DNA of 64,000 bases from Hydrolagus colliei. Lineage: Eukaryota. Under the pieces are notes generated by a model. The model made no database searches. It was given only the letters and a program-made list of their open reading frames with translations, and was not told where the DNA came from. Positions 61,854-64,000 of the stretch are shown here, piece after piece (within the stretch, counting starts at the first letter, position 1; every line of letters starts with the position of its first letter). The DNA lies in NCBI GenBank assembly GCA_035084275.1, contig CM068758.1:2542001-2606000 (forward strand). Direction: 5' to 3'. The translations under genes were made by a program, and so were the position numbers.

Positions 61854-61965
61854 CTGGAGGGTCACACTCTGCTTACCTAAATCCAGAAAGTATTAGGTAC
61901 AGGTTAGCAAGGGTTGAGGCTCGAATGTGCGTTGGGGGAACCGGCTGGACTTGAAACCAGCTAAA
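61854..61965 (+). repeat. Unassigned dispersed repeat, copy 2
   Basis: ctggagggtcacactc..ttacctaaatccagaaagtattaggtacaggttagcaag...tgcgttggggg...aaccagctaaa. Confidence 0.75.
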
Positions 61966-63384
61966 AACCATGTACTCTTGCTACAACGAAAATTAACTTG
62001 CAGAAGCTTGTTTAACCAGGACCTCCCTCGCTGTCGAGGCTTTGACTTGCAACGGCTAATGTCCGTGAGAAGAGTCCAGCCAGCAGAAGTTACACCTGCT
62101 TTGAAGGACGATGATAAGTAATGCAAAGTGGAAGGAAATGCCTTGTGAGTGGAAGCGCTGATCATTGCGGGCCGTACAATATTTGCCAATAACGTAACCT
62201 CCCTGCTGATCAATCAGGAGATTACGACCTCGCTCTCCTGCAAACTGACTTGCACCTTACTCATTCTATCGGTTTTTGTTGAACATCAAAGGAGAGTATC
62301 GAAGGGACCAGAGTGTTTCTGATTTCCGAATCGCATAACAATTCGCGGTGTGACGCTTTGTTGCCTGGGGGTGATCTTCGGTGTGGTCTGAATTCGACTT
62401 GAGAGGAATTTGTGTTTTTTTAACCAATCACCATTGAGGCTAGGCAGAATCCAAACTAGACCTCGTCAAAACGCTGTCCCGATACCATCCGATTCGCAAA
62501 GCGAGCCGAGCCCCGGATCTCATCACCAGCGCAAATCTTCACCGGGGAAAAAAAATACTGCCAGGCCCTTTGAAACATCGCAACGACATGAGAAGGCGCT
62601 ATGTCAAATGCGAGTCACTCTTGTTGTCGAACTTGAAGCTTTGGACGCACTTGTTTGACGAGATTCGCAAAGAACGTACGACGTGAAAGCAGAAGTTCCA
62701 CTTCGCCCAATGAGTTCACGTTTCACACTCCACACAAGTCTTCACCCGTTTACTATTACTCATTCGTATGCCCTTCTCTTCTTCCTTTAGGGTTAAAATT
62801 AACGTAGAAAAAGTCGATTGGAAATGTGAAAAACTGTCCGAAATTGATCAAATAGTGTGGAAGGCTTGATGACGTTCGTAATAATAATTATTCTTATTAT
62901 TAGTGATGTGAAAGCCACTGTGCAAGTATAATTTTGTTGTTGTTCTTGTTGTTATCAAATCAGTTCCACCCCCACCCCTTTCTCCTTAGCCTCGCAAACT
63001 TTTACCTCTTCAAGTATCTATCCGACTCCCTTTTGAAAGTTGTTAAGTCTTACTGCCTCTTTAATTAAGTCCTGCTACCTTCCAGGCGCTCTATCAAATA
63101 CAAAATCCTGGACCCTCAACTGACCAGCAATTCAGGACGTCCTCCCGACGTGAAAGATGCTGAGCAAGTGTAACTTGTCCTTGTTGATGATGCTGCCCAA
63201 CGAGAACTTTTACCAAAGGTGTAGGTTTCCGCACAGAAATCAAACAGAGTTCTCCCCCTCCCCCCACCACCCCCACCGCCCCCCACCAAAAAATAAGCTA
63301 GTGCAAACACAGAAATATGTCAAGACATTCCCAATGTGCACAAGTATTTCGAAGCTATTTTGCGTGAATAAAATATAATATATG

Positions 63385-63510
63385 ATATAATAATTCTCAC
63401 ATTTGATATAGCGCTTTTCACATCTTATCGACGTCTCAAAGAGCTGCATAGAATATACTGTCAAGTGAATTGACGATATATTTGTGTGAAACGCGGAAGC
63501 CAATTGCGCG
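63385..63510 (-). mobile_element. SINE 3' fragment
   Basis: catttgatatagcgcttttcacatcttatcgacgtctcaaa...gccaattgcgc. Confidence 0.87.
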
Positions 63511-64000
63511 AATCCAGACAGCTTTATGCAGTTAACCACAGATGCACAGTATATAATTGTGCAGAACTGTTAGCATTTCCTTCTGGTGCATAAGGCAATA
63601 CTCTAGGTAATAAGAGTGCTTCATGTCATGGTAAAAATACAGGTACAGAATTCCAGGGAGAGAGGATTCAATAAAGCGAATGCTGAACATTTGTGTAAGT
63701 CTCTCTTCCTTCTGTGGCCCAACTACCAGAGGGCAGTTTTATACCTCATCTCCAGCTCGCTGGTACTCACTTACTCATCTTCTCTCTTTGACATCAGCCA
63801 CCGCTATTCGTTTGATGAATACAACCTGATTACACAGGTCGGATGAGATGATGTAGCCTGCATTTATATTCATTGGATTTCCGTACCGCTGCCCGCGGCC
63901 TTTTAATAGTCAAATAAAAGCACGGCCACGAACAAGTCCCAAGTCTTGCGACAAGGCAGGCCTGAAGACGCTCACTGCAAGCGAGGACTGGAAGAAAATA

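Noticed and set aside
1-64000. CRISPR array, prokaryotic operon or novel multi-gene system
   Set aside because: Repeats are dispersed ~320-bp retroposons in both orientations, not regularly spaced direct repeats; there are no long ORFs; the sequence is vertebrate non-coding DNA

Overview
Eukaryotic, essentially non-coding vertebrate DNA (large intron or gene desert). The repeat content points to a cartilaginous fish, probably a chimaera such as Callorhinchus milii (inference from remembered repeat families, not a database hit). I found no recognisable host protein-coding exon; the six-frame ORFs are mostly read-throughs of repeats and low-complexity tracts. The window is dominated by one ~320-bp tRNA-headed SINE (A box TAGCTCAGTGG, B box GTTCGAATCC, Deu-like body, L2-type 3' stem-loop, (ATT)n tail), with roughly 20 near-full-length copies and dozens of fragments on both strands. 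Also present: older DeuSINE (AmnSINE1/SacSINE1/LmeSINE1-like) relics, 3' ends of an L2-clade LINE (RT C-terminus still translatable), CR1-type 3' ends, a Penelope-type remnant, a Tigger/pogo-like non-autonomous element, micro/minisatellites and repeat-free motif-rich blocks that may be conserved enhancers. The best observations are: (1) covarying SINE/L2 3' stem-loops with different loops and tails; (2) a three-layer SINE lineage with an internal deletion; (3) a 29-bp direct repeat bracketing unique DNA plus a SINE, a possible 5' transduction; (4) a ~95-bp inverted repeat; (5) a pre-miRNA-sized hairpin; (6) an unassigned two-copy repeat; (7) several nested insertions. I see no convincing evidence of a novel multi-gene system. 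Repeat boundaries were read by eye and are approximate (about 10-20 bp).
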